From NCBI GenBank assembly GCA_000320545.1, contig ADNK01002290.1, positions 1 through 64,000 of the forward strand: a DNA stretch of 64,000 bases, written 5' to 3'. Below, piece after piece: positions 26,644-37,676 of this stretch. The position numbers were made by a program, and so were the translations under genes. The notes under the pieces were generated by a model, which was given only the letters and a program-made list of their open reading frames with translations, had not been told where the DNA came from and made no database searches. Origin of the DNA: Bigelowiella natans CCMP2755. Lineage: Eukaryota > Protista > Cercozoa. Each line of letters opens with the position of its first letter. Within the stretch, counting starts at the first letter, position 1.

Positions 26644-26899
26644 CTAAGAATGCCCACCGCCCAGTTTTTGTGTACTTAATGAAGTTTTTGTGTACTTAAT
26701 GATTAGTTTATAGCGTTAAATATTATTATGCAGATAGATACATTGCTCTGACGAAATCTACATGCATAAGGTGGTTTCTCTGGACCATAATTTAATGCAT
26801 GACAGTCACCAGCTCTCCATCCTACTCCTTTTTTAATTACCAGCTTCGCCAACATAATCTCTGTCTCAGAAATATCACTATTGTTACACCCGTATGCTG

Positions 26900-27560
26900 C
26901 AACATTTGAGTCCTGTGCTGTGAATCCTGACGACGCAAGAGTGTCACCATACTAGCATACTGTCATGGCCATTCCATCTACTGGATCCAATTTTATTCGT
27001 GTAGTGCACCAGAAAGGCTACTATCGGCATTCCTGACTAACGACTTACAGGTCATCGCTAGATGTCCACCATGCTAGCATGCAACGCAAGTGCACATGAC
27101 ATCTGACATGCTTGTAGTAATGCACTACAAAACATACGCTTTCTATGACAGCAGCGCAGCCTGTTATATGAAAGTTACAAGGACCGTATATGTGTTGCAC
27201 CAGAAATTAGAAGGCTATCTGGATAATGTGCTTGCCAAATATATGCATGCTTTATTACAACGCGTGCAATGTGAAGCGATTGATGCAGCACTAGAGCAGC
27301 GTAGCAGCATGCGTGCTAGCATGGCCAAATGTACTAAATCACAGCTTTCATCTATAATTGTCTGGCACTGTCGACTAGCTAGCTAGTGTCGATGCATTGA
27401 AGACATGCCGCAGAAACATCGTGGACAGAGACACAATCGAAAGAAAAACAGCCAAACAAGCAAACTTGATCGAGCCAGAGCTAGCAGAGCTAGCTAGCAG
27501 ATCGAGAAGGGAAAAGGATGGCCGGCCGCAAAGCTAGAAAGGCTAGAAAGGGCTTGTCAT
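26900..27560. other. Partially TpA-depleted, CTAG/GCTAGC-rich island 3 (spacer between convergent genes)
   Basis: catgctagcatg, ctagcagctag and gagctagctagc occur on a TG/CA-rich background. Some non-CTAG TAs remain. Confidence 0.6.
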
Positions 27561-27957
27561 TATTGGGAATAATTGCGTTGCGCAAGTAGCAATACAGAAT
27601 AACGAGAGCAAACTTGTGTAGGTGATCGCAAATTGGGTGAGCGAGCTATGTGCGAGTCATCTGAACGAGCAGCAGCATAATGCGCAAAGGCGTGTACACA
27701 AATAACTAGATAAGTTCATTAGTTCCCGGGGTAGAGCAGCAACCAATTTCCCATTAACTATTTCTTTTATCTGTAGCTGCACTTTCTAGTCCACGTCCCA
27801 TCGTCACTGTCGTTGACACAGCGTCGTCAATAACTTTAGATTCTTCCTCATTTTCAATTGCAATTTTGCTGACAACACAAAATAGGATACTTTAGATTCA
27901 ATATGAGACTGACTAGGCACCAATTTAGTTACCTTTCCTTATCACTATTCTTCTTCT

Positions 27958-29297
27958 TCAAGTGATATAGATGTCCGCCACAATCGTAACAGCAGCGATA
28001 CAAGCTACGTCCACCCGCATTATTATTGGTCCCAAAGAGACACTCGTGAATCCCTTCAGTATCAGCAACAAGAAAACCACAACAAAATCAATGTCAAACT
28101 CTTTATAGATAATCGCCATCATCATTCATCATTATCATCCTCATCCAAATATAGATCACTGGCGACTACTACAAGATCGATGTCTGATAATACTTTACTC
28201 TTGAGAGATTCCACTTCGTACTGTGTCCACCCTCCTTCCGGTCCGATTGCAATAACAACCGGTCTAGGCTGCTTTCCATTAATCCCATCATCATCGCATT
28301 GTTGTTTCACAATGTCCTACTCCATATTATTATTATCAAATATGTTCCTATCAGTACAAGCTGTCTATTTGTTCGGAATTAGGTAGTACCCTAACGCTTG
28401 GATGTCGCCCTAAATCGCACAGCAAACGGTACGAATTTTCAGGGAGAAGATGATCAAGCTTCTCATTTATGAAAGGCTTGAAATAGCGTTGTACGTGTAC
28501 TATTGGCATACAAGTGTGGCCTCCTTGCTGTAAACCCTATTATTATTATTAAACCATAAACAACAATGATGATCATGTTCCCCAAAGAAGCCATACATAT
28601 ACCAGTGTGATAAGAAGAGGGGCGATTTGAAATCGTTAATGATCAACACAACTTACTTGTAGTAAGGAATATAGTAACAGAATTCACTAATTTTACAAAT
28701 ATAATAGATTAATAAAGGCCTTTATCACCTACATATTGGTATGAATAAACCACTATTTATTACTGCAAATACTACTACTACTTACTACAGCTACTACATA
28801 CATCACGTATTTCCATCTATCATATTCCATCATACGCAACGATGAAGTGTTCGCTGAATCGGCGAAAACGGATGATCAACAATGGATTCGAGGAAGGATT
28901 ATGGAGCACCTCTGCTAAAAGCGGAATTCGCAACTTTTCTTTTAAACAACTCCGGTCACTGTACCAGTACTGCTTCTCAGTTCTTGCGGCATTGAGGATA
29001 ATGACTTGAGTTACTGCAAGTTGCGAGAGAATTGGCCACAACTTTGCTAAGACGCGAGGGCGAGGGTGCTACAACATTATTATTACAAATAATCACTGTG
29101 CTACCTCACCGAAAAGAATAAGACAGCAGGGTAAATTAGAAAATAGCTCGAGGGGGAGGGGGAGGGAGGGAGTTAAAGAGCGTTTACCGCACCCGTAGTG
29201 CATTATTATGATTGGTTAATATTACTAAATATATTTGTAGTAATAATATTTAGTGGCTATAGTACTAGGTTCCGTAGTAAAACAAGTGAAATCGCAG

Positions 29298-29337
<40 letters not shown>

Positions 29338-30784
29338 AGCAATTATTTTGTCAAACTTACGGCTAATATTAGATGAATTGGGGGCTTCTCCGGTGCGAGG
29401 TATAGTTGTCCAAACTTTAGATTAAGGAATCTCCCATCATTTCTCTTCTTTTTCTTGCTTCCCCTTTTTTTTGCATCATTGGTCTGATTCTTCCGCTTTT
29501 GGTTGAGCATCTTCTTCACTGGTGTTTTGGTGGTTGGAAGGGATCTTTCCACCATGTGTCCACTGCGATTGGAAGAAAAAGGAGGACGAGGAGTGGGGGG
29601 GGGGTATTGTTTTTCTTCATGTTCTACGCATTTTCTTTCACTTTTATCCCCTTCTTCTTCACATTGAGATTCAATAATAGTATTTTTCGATATTTCCATT
29701 CTTTCAGTAGTATCTTCGTCGTCAGTTTTAAGGGGAGGATCAGCATCAGTACTCTTTTGAGTAGTTTCATAAATCCCTTCTGTCTTTCTACCTATAGTAT
29801 TACTCTTTGCTGCCGCCTTCTTGACGAAGGATGTTTGATCTTGTTCTTTCTCAACTGTATCCCACTGGACAGTGGCATAGCCAATGCCCCCTCCTATCAA
29901 CCCTACTCGCAATGTATCACCATCCTGAGCTTTGATCACATTCTGTATATGCCGTGTTCGAGGATCATTTGGTAGCAATCGTACATTTACGCCTTGAAAT
30001 GCATCCGGCTGCCTTGCCCAAGCTGGAAGTAATAGGCCGTTGGTATTTGATGTGTCTGTTGACACCGCTGCCGCTGGTTTCTTCTTTTGCGCATGCCCTG
30101 GCTGCCACTCTTGCGAATCATCAATTTGCCTTCCCTTCAGCTGAGTTTCTTTGTGAATTGTGGTGGCTAGATCTTGCACTGTTTGTTCTGACGACGACAT
30201 AGCCGACGTTGATGATGATGACATTGACGGTGAATGATGCAGCAACTCCTCAGGAGAAAATCGTATCAAGCCAATAGTTGGAGATGGTGATGACAGTGTT
30301 GATGACGACGATGCAGATAATGATGATGCAGTAGATGATGATGAAGTAGGATAGCTTACCGTACACCACATCTGCCCAAATTCTTCGAAAACTCGAGTAA
30401 TCCTTCCTGGCTTGTTTGCATACAGAGCCTTCACTCCCGAAAAGCTTTTAGATAGAACAATGTCTCCCAGCTTGAAGCGACATTTCGACACTCTTGACAC
30501 TTCTCCTTCGATCAAAGGTGCAACCACTGACTCTAATTACCACAATGATGAGTTTCAGAAGTGTTCATATACTTATGAACTAGTGCTACCAAGGACATGA
30601 TGACTCGTATCCACCGTTGCTGGCCCCCTCCCTAAGAATTCAGTCCAAAACTCTAAATTAGAATTAACCGTACACACATATGTTAATTGGGACATATGTT
30701 GATTAGGATACTTTTTTCATCATTATGTTCCCCCTGTTCCTTCGCCCGCATGAGCTCGGAGAGGATAAAGAGAATGAGGTTCAT
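27958..30784 (-). CDS. rsmE: RsmE-family (16S rRNA m3U1498) SPOUT methyltransferase with large insertions
   Basis: The N-terminus is MNLILFILSEL (ATG at 30784). Further segments: RLLPNDPRTRHIQNVIKAQDGDTLRVGLIGGGIG, PPIHLILA-HPRPRVLAKLWPILSQLAV, GLQQGGHTCMP, VVIAIGPEGGWTQYEVESL and GFTSVSLGPIIMRVDVA. In-frame TGA at 27958-27960. Confidence 0.85.
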
Positions 30785-30915
30785 GCAGTCGTCTTGATCT
30801 ATTCTGGATCTGCTGCTGTGCATGAAGTCGATAAGACAAAAATATCATGGGAAATAATCGTAGACTGCTGTTCAATTTTTAATCAGATAAAAATCATAGG
30901 AAATATCACGGTGTA

Positions 30916-33720
30916 AATGGGTTTCCGAAACACTGCTGTCTTCGTTCTCAGTTGTGCTGCCTCCTCATTGCAGTGAGATGCACGCCAAGCTTTGAATCAT
31001 GCTGGTTTTCACACTGCATTTCGCACGCTGCAAGTGTCATGTCACACTTTGGAGATGCAGTTTTTCATCATTGTTCTCATTGTTCACAAGAGCTAGTAGA
31101 GGGTCCTCGTTTTCAACAATGTTGTTTTCAGCTCGAGGCACCACGATTCGCACTTTGCAAGTGTCGTGGCAACACGCTGGAAGTGTGGTCGATCAACGGT
31201 TTTTCTCATTGTGGGACGTGGCGTCGTTCTGTTTCCTCCCTTTGGTCGTGCTGCTCCCTGGCAGCCATGCACGCCAACTTTTCACCACACTGACGTCCAC
31301 ACCAGTGAGTCCTCATTGTTCATTTCAGCTCGAGGTGCTGCTTTTCGCACTCATTTGCACGTGTCGTGCAACACTTTGGAGACGTGGTCGCACACCAAAC
31401 TTGCTTCCTTTCTCTCTTTCTTTCTTGTCCTTGCTTTTTGCCTGTGCGACTCACGTGACACCACGTCCAACCAACAAGTTTGTGCAAATTGAGCTTCAGG
31501 CCAGCAGCTGCACGATGCCAATTGCGTGTCATTTCTTCCTCGCACTCTTTCGGCCAGCCCTGGCCACGAACTGGTGTTTGAGGTCGTCACGTTTCAAGTG
31601 CAGCGCAGTGTTGTGTCATCTGCGCCGCGTTGAGCGTGCAAATTGCACTCAACATGATGGACATGCAACACATTGTGCATGCAACATGCACATTGCATTG
31701 CTGTGTCTGTCATCTGTGTCCATTGTCAACGTTTCAACGTTTCTTCTTTTTGCGTTCAGCACGTTTGCAGCTCTTCTGGTCTTGTGCGCACCTCGTTGCA
31801 ACTTCGAAGTGTGCACGCTGGCACGGGTCGTTGAATCACTCCCACGTCTGGACGTGTGGCCAAACCTGGAAAGCATGCCTGGGCGCCTCTGCCGCTCCAC
31901 TTTGGCACACCTGGACACTGGAAACGTTTGTTGATTTCTTTCTTTTTTCCACATTTTTGCTGTGTTTTCTGCACACGTGTGTTGGTGGTGCTCGTCCAAC
32001 TGGACGCACGGAATGGATGCAAGACGGACGTGATCAAATTGACCAAGTTTGTTCAATGGTCATCACATCATCCTCACGTGGCTGTGCACCAAAGCTAGCA
32101 AAGCGCGAACATTGAACCTGTTGTTGGTCTCCGCTGTGATGCACTTCGTGCAATCAAGTGCTTGTTGTTTCGGTCTTGAATGGCGCACACTTCGCGCAAC
32201 AGTGCAGCAGTGCGTGTTTCCTTCTCATCGCTGGTCAATCTTTTCGTTTCGTCGTCGCGCACCACCACGCACGGCATGGCAGTGAGCTGATTCCTCAAGC
32301 TAGCGGCGTTGATGTGTGGTGTGCAATGGGCAAGAAAGTGAGCAATGAATGATCCACATCTTCGATGACGTTGCACGCTGCGCAGCGCTAGCTGGAGCGT
32401 TGTTGTCGTCTGCAGTGCACAATCCTCTTGAAAGTTTGAGCAAGTTGCCAACACCCATGATCGATGCAGCGCATCCACGTGATGTGTCAACACTGCCAGA
32501 CTGCCAGACTGGGCAGCTTGCAAGTTGAGCCTGTCTCCAGTGTCGCAGTCCAGGTGTTCCACAAGGTTCCACAGTTCATGTCTGCAGTTTTGTGAGAGGC
32601 CGTGCGCAACGTGCGTGCAATGATTTGCACGTTGTTGCCACGTCTTTCACTCACTTGTGCCTTCGTTCACTCAACCTCATTTCAACTGTGCCAACTCTGT
32701 GCTCACTCCTTCTTTCCACTCATCATTCGTTCATTCAAGCCCTCGCTTGAGTCAATTGCACCACTGCAACAAGCAACTGATGCTGATGTGAAACAACGTG
32801 CAGCAGAACACGGAACACGGCGTGCAACACAGAGACAGGAAGTGGGCCATGTCAGAGTGCACGTGCATGGGACAGGAGACGGGACACACACAGGACTGGT
32901 TGACAAGTGTTGCAGGAAGGACTAGACGCGACACAGGACCCGCCAGCAAACGTGCATGCGTGATTGATCACGTGCTGCATCGATCATGTCAATGACTGTT
33001 GTTGCATTGCACCACATCTCTCAATTGCAGGGGCACACACAGCTCCGTCAAACCTGCAACGAATCGCCAGAACACGCATTTGGAAGCTTTTGCGCGCGAC
33101 CAGCAAGCGCGTCATGTGATGTGATGGACATTGGATTTGCTCGCATTTCTTTGAAATTTTTCGTGCATGTCACGTTTGGTTGAACACACGCGCAAAAGCA
33201 TTCAAAATGTGGCAGAGAACAAACGCGCAGCGTGCATCCTCTGCCACAACGGGTGTGAATTTTCACACTTTGCGCGCTCACCGAGGCCTTGAAAATGGAA
33301 ATTTGGGTCAATGTTTCGGTCATTTTTTGAGGTTTGGCCATCGGACAAGTTCTGATGACTTTTCTTTGACCAACTGCAACTGCCTGCTGCTTCAAAGTGC
33401 GTCGCAAAGCGCTGCACTGTTCACAACCCCGTCGTTGCCGGGTTTGACGGAGCTTTGCAACACAACGAGGTGCATGCATGCTGTGGCAACGAACACTGTG
33501 AATGACTGTGTCGCACGCGTCGATGTCTAGCAGACATGAATGGGCCATCACAGTCATGCTAGCATGGTTTGACACAATGGCATATTTTCTCACATTTTCT
33601 TCATGGAACATGGACATCAAATGTTTTTCCTTTCATTTTGGTGATTTGTTCGACAATCACCACCTTCAGTATTTTTCTCGATGATCAAGTCCGGATGCAA
33701 TGTCATGTCAAGTGCCAAAA
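30916..33720. pseudogene. TpA-depleted island 4, probably a mutated relic of an unknown element or gene on the - strand
   Basis: Only 8 TA occur in 30916-33582 (7 CTAG, 1 GTAG). Many overlapping Tyr-free, His/Cys-rich ORFs appear in all frames. Three diverged internal repeats lie at ~31005-31060, 31127-31190 and 31326-31390. The family is not recognised. Confidence 0.55.
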
Positions 33721-33899
33721 ATATCACTAATTCAGAAACACACGAATGTTAAACCATGTCCTTCCGATTGAGGTAATATGTGAATAAAATTTTTAAAAAA
33801 ATGTAACATTTGTAAGTGTGAAGGTGGACAATACTTGTTGTGAAGAACAGCCCGAAAAACAGGTACCAGAATCGAACTACTTCTTCTGCTGTCGCTGAT

Positions 33900-34291
33900 C
33901 ACGGTTATAAAGTCAAACAGGGAACTATGAAGAGAAATAGGGGCTGTAAATCATACCTTGTTTGACAAGAGGAGTTACCAAGTTCCTAATTGTTAGTTTT
34001 CTTGATTCTTTGATGAGCTTCTGAGAGTCTTTTATAAAGTTTGGCCTTGACGAATTCACAGCCACTGCACTGGTCCCTTCTTCCAAGCCTTGGGCATTGT
34101 TTCTCTGGCTGTGAAGGCTATGCCGATGAGCATGGAATTTCCTTGCTGTGATATTCAATGCTCTTCCCTGTTGTGAAAGCATTAATAATCGAGTGCTGAC
34201 TGATGCACCCTAATCTTAGTCTTACCTCTGGCTGCGCCAACGCAATCTTTAGGACGAGAAAGAAAAGAATTCCATAACATAGATCTTTCAT
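33900..34291 (-). CDS. Hypothetical short gene or fragment with a signal-peptide-like N-terminus
   Basis: MKDLCYGILFFLVLKIALAQPE starts at ATG 34291 and is followed by the 33925..34182 ORF, which ends at a CAAG|GTATG donor. The 3' end is unresolved. Confidence 0.3.
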
Positions 34292-34869
34292 GTATGATGG
34301 CCTGTTGTAGTTTTTAATTCGTAATTTATGCTTGGAAGGATGGGTAACAGCATAACCCCCCCCCCCCCCCCCCCTCTCTCTCTCTGTCCCTACCCTCGCC
34401 AATTGATGCTGGTTGCTCTCAGCCGACCTCTTTCAAATGTTCAAAATTAAGTCTATATTCGAGATGGTTGATCTAGATTTACTACATGCGACATCTAGTA
34501 TGACATTATAATGATTGGAAATGGGCTCTTGCACAATAATCACAAGGATTCGAAGATTGCGACAAAAAGTAATAGTACTGACAACAAGAAGTAAGCTGGA
34601 AAAATGCCAGACTAGAGTACAACATAATAATAATACTCATCAGACCTAACGACGTCGCATGAACTGCTCTCTAGATCTAGATCTCGTATTTTATCTACGA
34701 GGGAGGTCGTACCAAAAGTAGCCCAGATCTCTCATCAATGCTCGTATCTGTGTGTGTGTGCACCTAGTCGTACCTCCTCTCAACTTATTTTTCTTCTAGA
34801 TCTGCAAGAGCATAACCACAAATAATTACCTAACACAAGAGACTAATTCTCTCTTGGTTGGTTCTTAGG

Positions 34870-36592
34870 TTGTCGCAGTGTTCAGAAGGGCTACATTCAA
34901 GGATAGAAAGCGTTTGTCGTAGGGAGGAACTGAATAAAATTCTGCAGATCTGACTACATCTCTATTCATCCGAATCACCACACAGCCCCTTGTAGCCATC
35001 CGATCTATCCACACCACAGTTACGGTGAAGAAATCCTCACATCATAAATAATCACTTTCGAGTCCAATCCGACCCTCGTCGTATTTCAATCAGTGTTTCA
35101 TATTCAGATCCTGAACAAAAAGTAAAAGCAGCATGGCGGAGAAAATGAGCAGCACGAAACCACCTCGGATCCGACAGAGCAGGATCCAAGATGATGAAGG
35201 ACGAGGAAATAAGAGCCACGAACAATGTATATATTGTAGATGTCTTCATCTGAATAATATTGAAGGTAACAAGACGTTTGTTTGTCCACGAATCGCAGCT
35301 TGGGGCCAAGCTAACCGGAAAGATAACGGGAACAAAGCGGCGACTATTAATTCAACAGCTAATTCTGTTGGATGCTCATCTATGACAAAGAATAACGATC
35401 TCTTCACAGCATCAGTAGCATCATCAAATAAGTGCCTCGACGAAGAGACTGTGACTCCCCAACGTGGCTACATTCTAAGAGACAACACTGCTGCAACGAT
35501 CTCTTTCTCAAGTGATAGTGGTTCTAGAGGGGAGGGGTTATCTTCTTTATCAAAAACAAAGGAAGAAAAACAATGTCTTCCAGATGATTGTGTCTTGAAC
35601 AGAACACAGTCGACAAAAAGGAGGAAACGAAAGCAGTTTACTACTTGCAGTTCGAAACTAAAACCCAAGCAGCAGCACTTACAGCCGAACCCATCGACGA
35701 CGGTATCACAGAAAAAATGTAACCGGAAAAGGCGACATTATCGTGCAATTGCTGAAAAACCATCTCATCAGCACCATGTGAAGAGTCCCTTACAGGCTGC
35801 CCAGGTCCTACGAAAGAAGCACATAACAATTTATTGTTTCTAATGAAATACTCAAACATGTCACCAATCTAGGATTGTATCATCAAACTGGAGACTAACG
35901 GGGGAGGCAGAGACAGAGAATGGGGCCCGGTTGTTGTTATTATATATTCTAACTAGCCCTCAAATAACACCCCATTTTCTTTATATCATTTCATTCATTT
36001 GTTATTATTATCCTGGGCTACTACTAAAATCTCTTCTAACTGAGACTATCACTAGGCAACTCGAGAAATAATTAGGAACTCCAATCACGTAAAGCCTCCT
36101 CCATGTCCAATGTACATAAATCGTAAAACAACATATCTTAATACAGCATAGTGTTTCTCTAATGTTTGATCATTCTGATCGTCAGATGTGGAAATGAAGA
36201 TGTCCGAACAGTAACCCAGCTGTACGAAGTTGGATGGTCCTGCATAGATTGCGGTATGATTAGGATGATGATGATGATGAAAGAGTCCCTCTCTGTCGAT
36301 TACATAATATTGATGACGATGATACAACATCGTTTGCCAATGGCTTCGTATCATGTGAAAACATGTTCAGGTGAAGAATATAGTTATCCTCACCTTACAA
36401 GTTTCTCACCGAATAATCTCCGGGGAGGAGGGGTCTCTCCTAAAACTTTTCCTGGAGACAAAATGGTGATTTCATGGTTTGATATCTTAGATGTGCTCTA
36501 TTCTTCATTTTATTTCCACTTGTTTGCAGATAAAAATTCCACCGATTTCAATTGGACCAGCAGCTCTGAAGCGCAAGATCACTAGGCAGTAA
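34870..36592 (+). CDS. Hypothetical multi-exon protein (basic, low complexity)
   Basis: A 236-aa ORF at 35133..35843 is followed by small GT-AG-bounded exons (DCIIKLETNGGGRDREWGP; CGNEDVRTVTQLYE; EYSYPHLTSFSPNN; IKIPPISIGPAALKRKITRQ-TAA at 36592). No family is recognised and the start is uncertain. Confidence 0.4.
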
Positions 36593-36899
36593 CGATTCCT
36601 TCATTTAAGGCGAAAGTAAGCAGTAGGAATAATATGATAGCAAATCACAATAAATGATGATAGTTAAGAGAACAATATTGGCTAAATTACTCATGATCAT
36701 AGTAGCTCAGATGAGGTACAACTACAGAAAATGATATGTGAGATTCGAAAAGCATCACACCCGAACACAATTTGGGTTGGCAATCTTTCAAGCACGTGAT
36801 ATACTTTGGTGCGTGGTGTGAGACGGATGTAATGAATAAATTAAATTTGTTCAATGGTCACCCTGATGTAGCTGTGCAAAGCAGTGGCTACAGCGCTGA

Positions 36900-37530
36900 T
36901 GTTAATCTATTTGGTGTTAACTTACAAGTACACACATGATTTCACAATCGTGTACAGGCATATTTGTGGTGCGTATGGACGTGAGATGAATGTGTAGCCG
37001 TGGCTTGCAAATAAGTCAAACTAGCTCATTATATTTTGTTGCATCATCCTATATGTTCTAGATGTTGCCTGCACCATCTAGACCATATAGTGCACAAGCG
37101 ACATGTCAGACATCTCTGCGCAACGTGCCGTGCACGTCGTTCACTTCATGGCGATCTCGCGCGGTCGCACAGCTAGCCACAGCTTGCACAGGCACATACT
37201 TGTTTGCCATTGTTCATATTGTGCTTTTTGCGACAAATCTTCAATGGCTAAACATCTACACATCGTGTTGCCAATGCAATGTCATGTACCTCCTGTTACG
37301 CACACGCACACGTGGTGAAAACCTAGACACATCCATGGCGCTGTCTGCTAGCTATGGAATGACATCGACACATGGCGCATTGCATGTACAAGTGTACATC
37401 TGCAAGTCGCAAGCTAGCAAGTCGTGCAGCACATAGCACCACGCTAGCATGTCACAATAACTTATGTTGTGCATACACAAGAAAATGAACGTCGCGTCGC
37501 GTCGTGTATGCAGCTGTGCGATGCACTGCG
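36900..37530. other. Partially TpA-depleted island 5 (spacer between convergent genes)
   Basis: The sequence is TG/CA-rich with repeated ctag and gctagc (37021, 37058, 37078, 37173, 37323, 37348, 37414, 37444), and residual TA at the edges. Confidence 0.6.
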
Positions 37531-37676
37531 TACACCTTTATTCTCCATAACAGAACGTACCGATCTCATTTTGCCATGAATAGTAATTTAACGAGTATTT
37601 GTAACCAAGCACGCTCTCACTTTCGCTAGCAGTCTTCTGACATATCATTTCTCACCCCTAGTCATCAGGGTCTACG

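Noticed and set aside
30952-33620. 311-aa ORF 30999..31934 and about 20 overlapping ORFs treated as real genes
   Set aside because: The same stop-codon depletion artefact applies. ORFs are open in most frames at once with a His/Cys-rich, nearly Tyr-free composition.
35052-35309. Minus-strand ORF with a hydrophobic N-terminus (MKTSTIYTLFVALISS)
   Set aside because: It is antisense to a longer plus-strand ORF that has supporting downstream exons, and it has no independent support.
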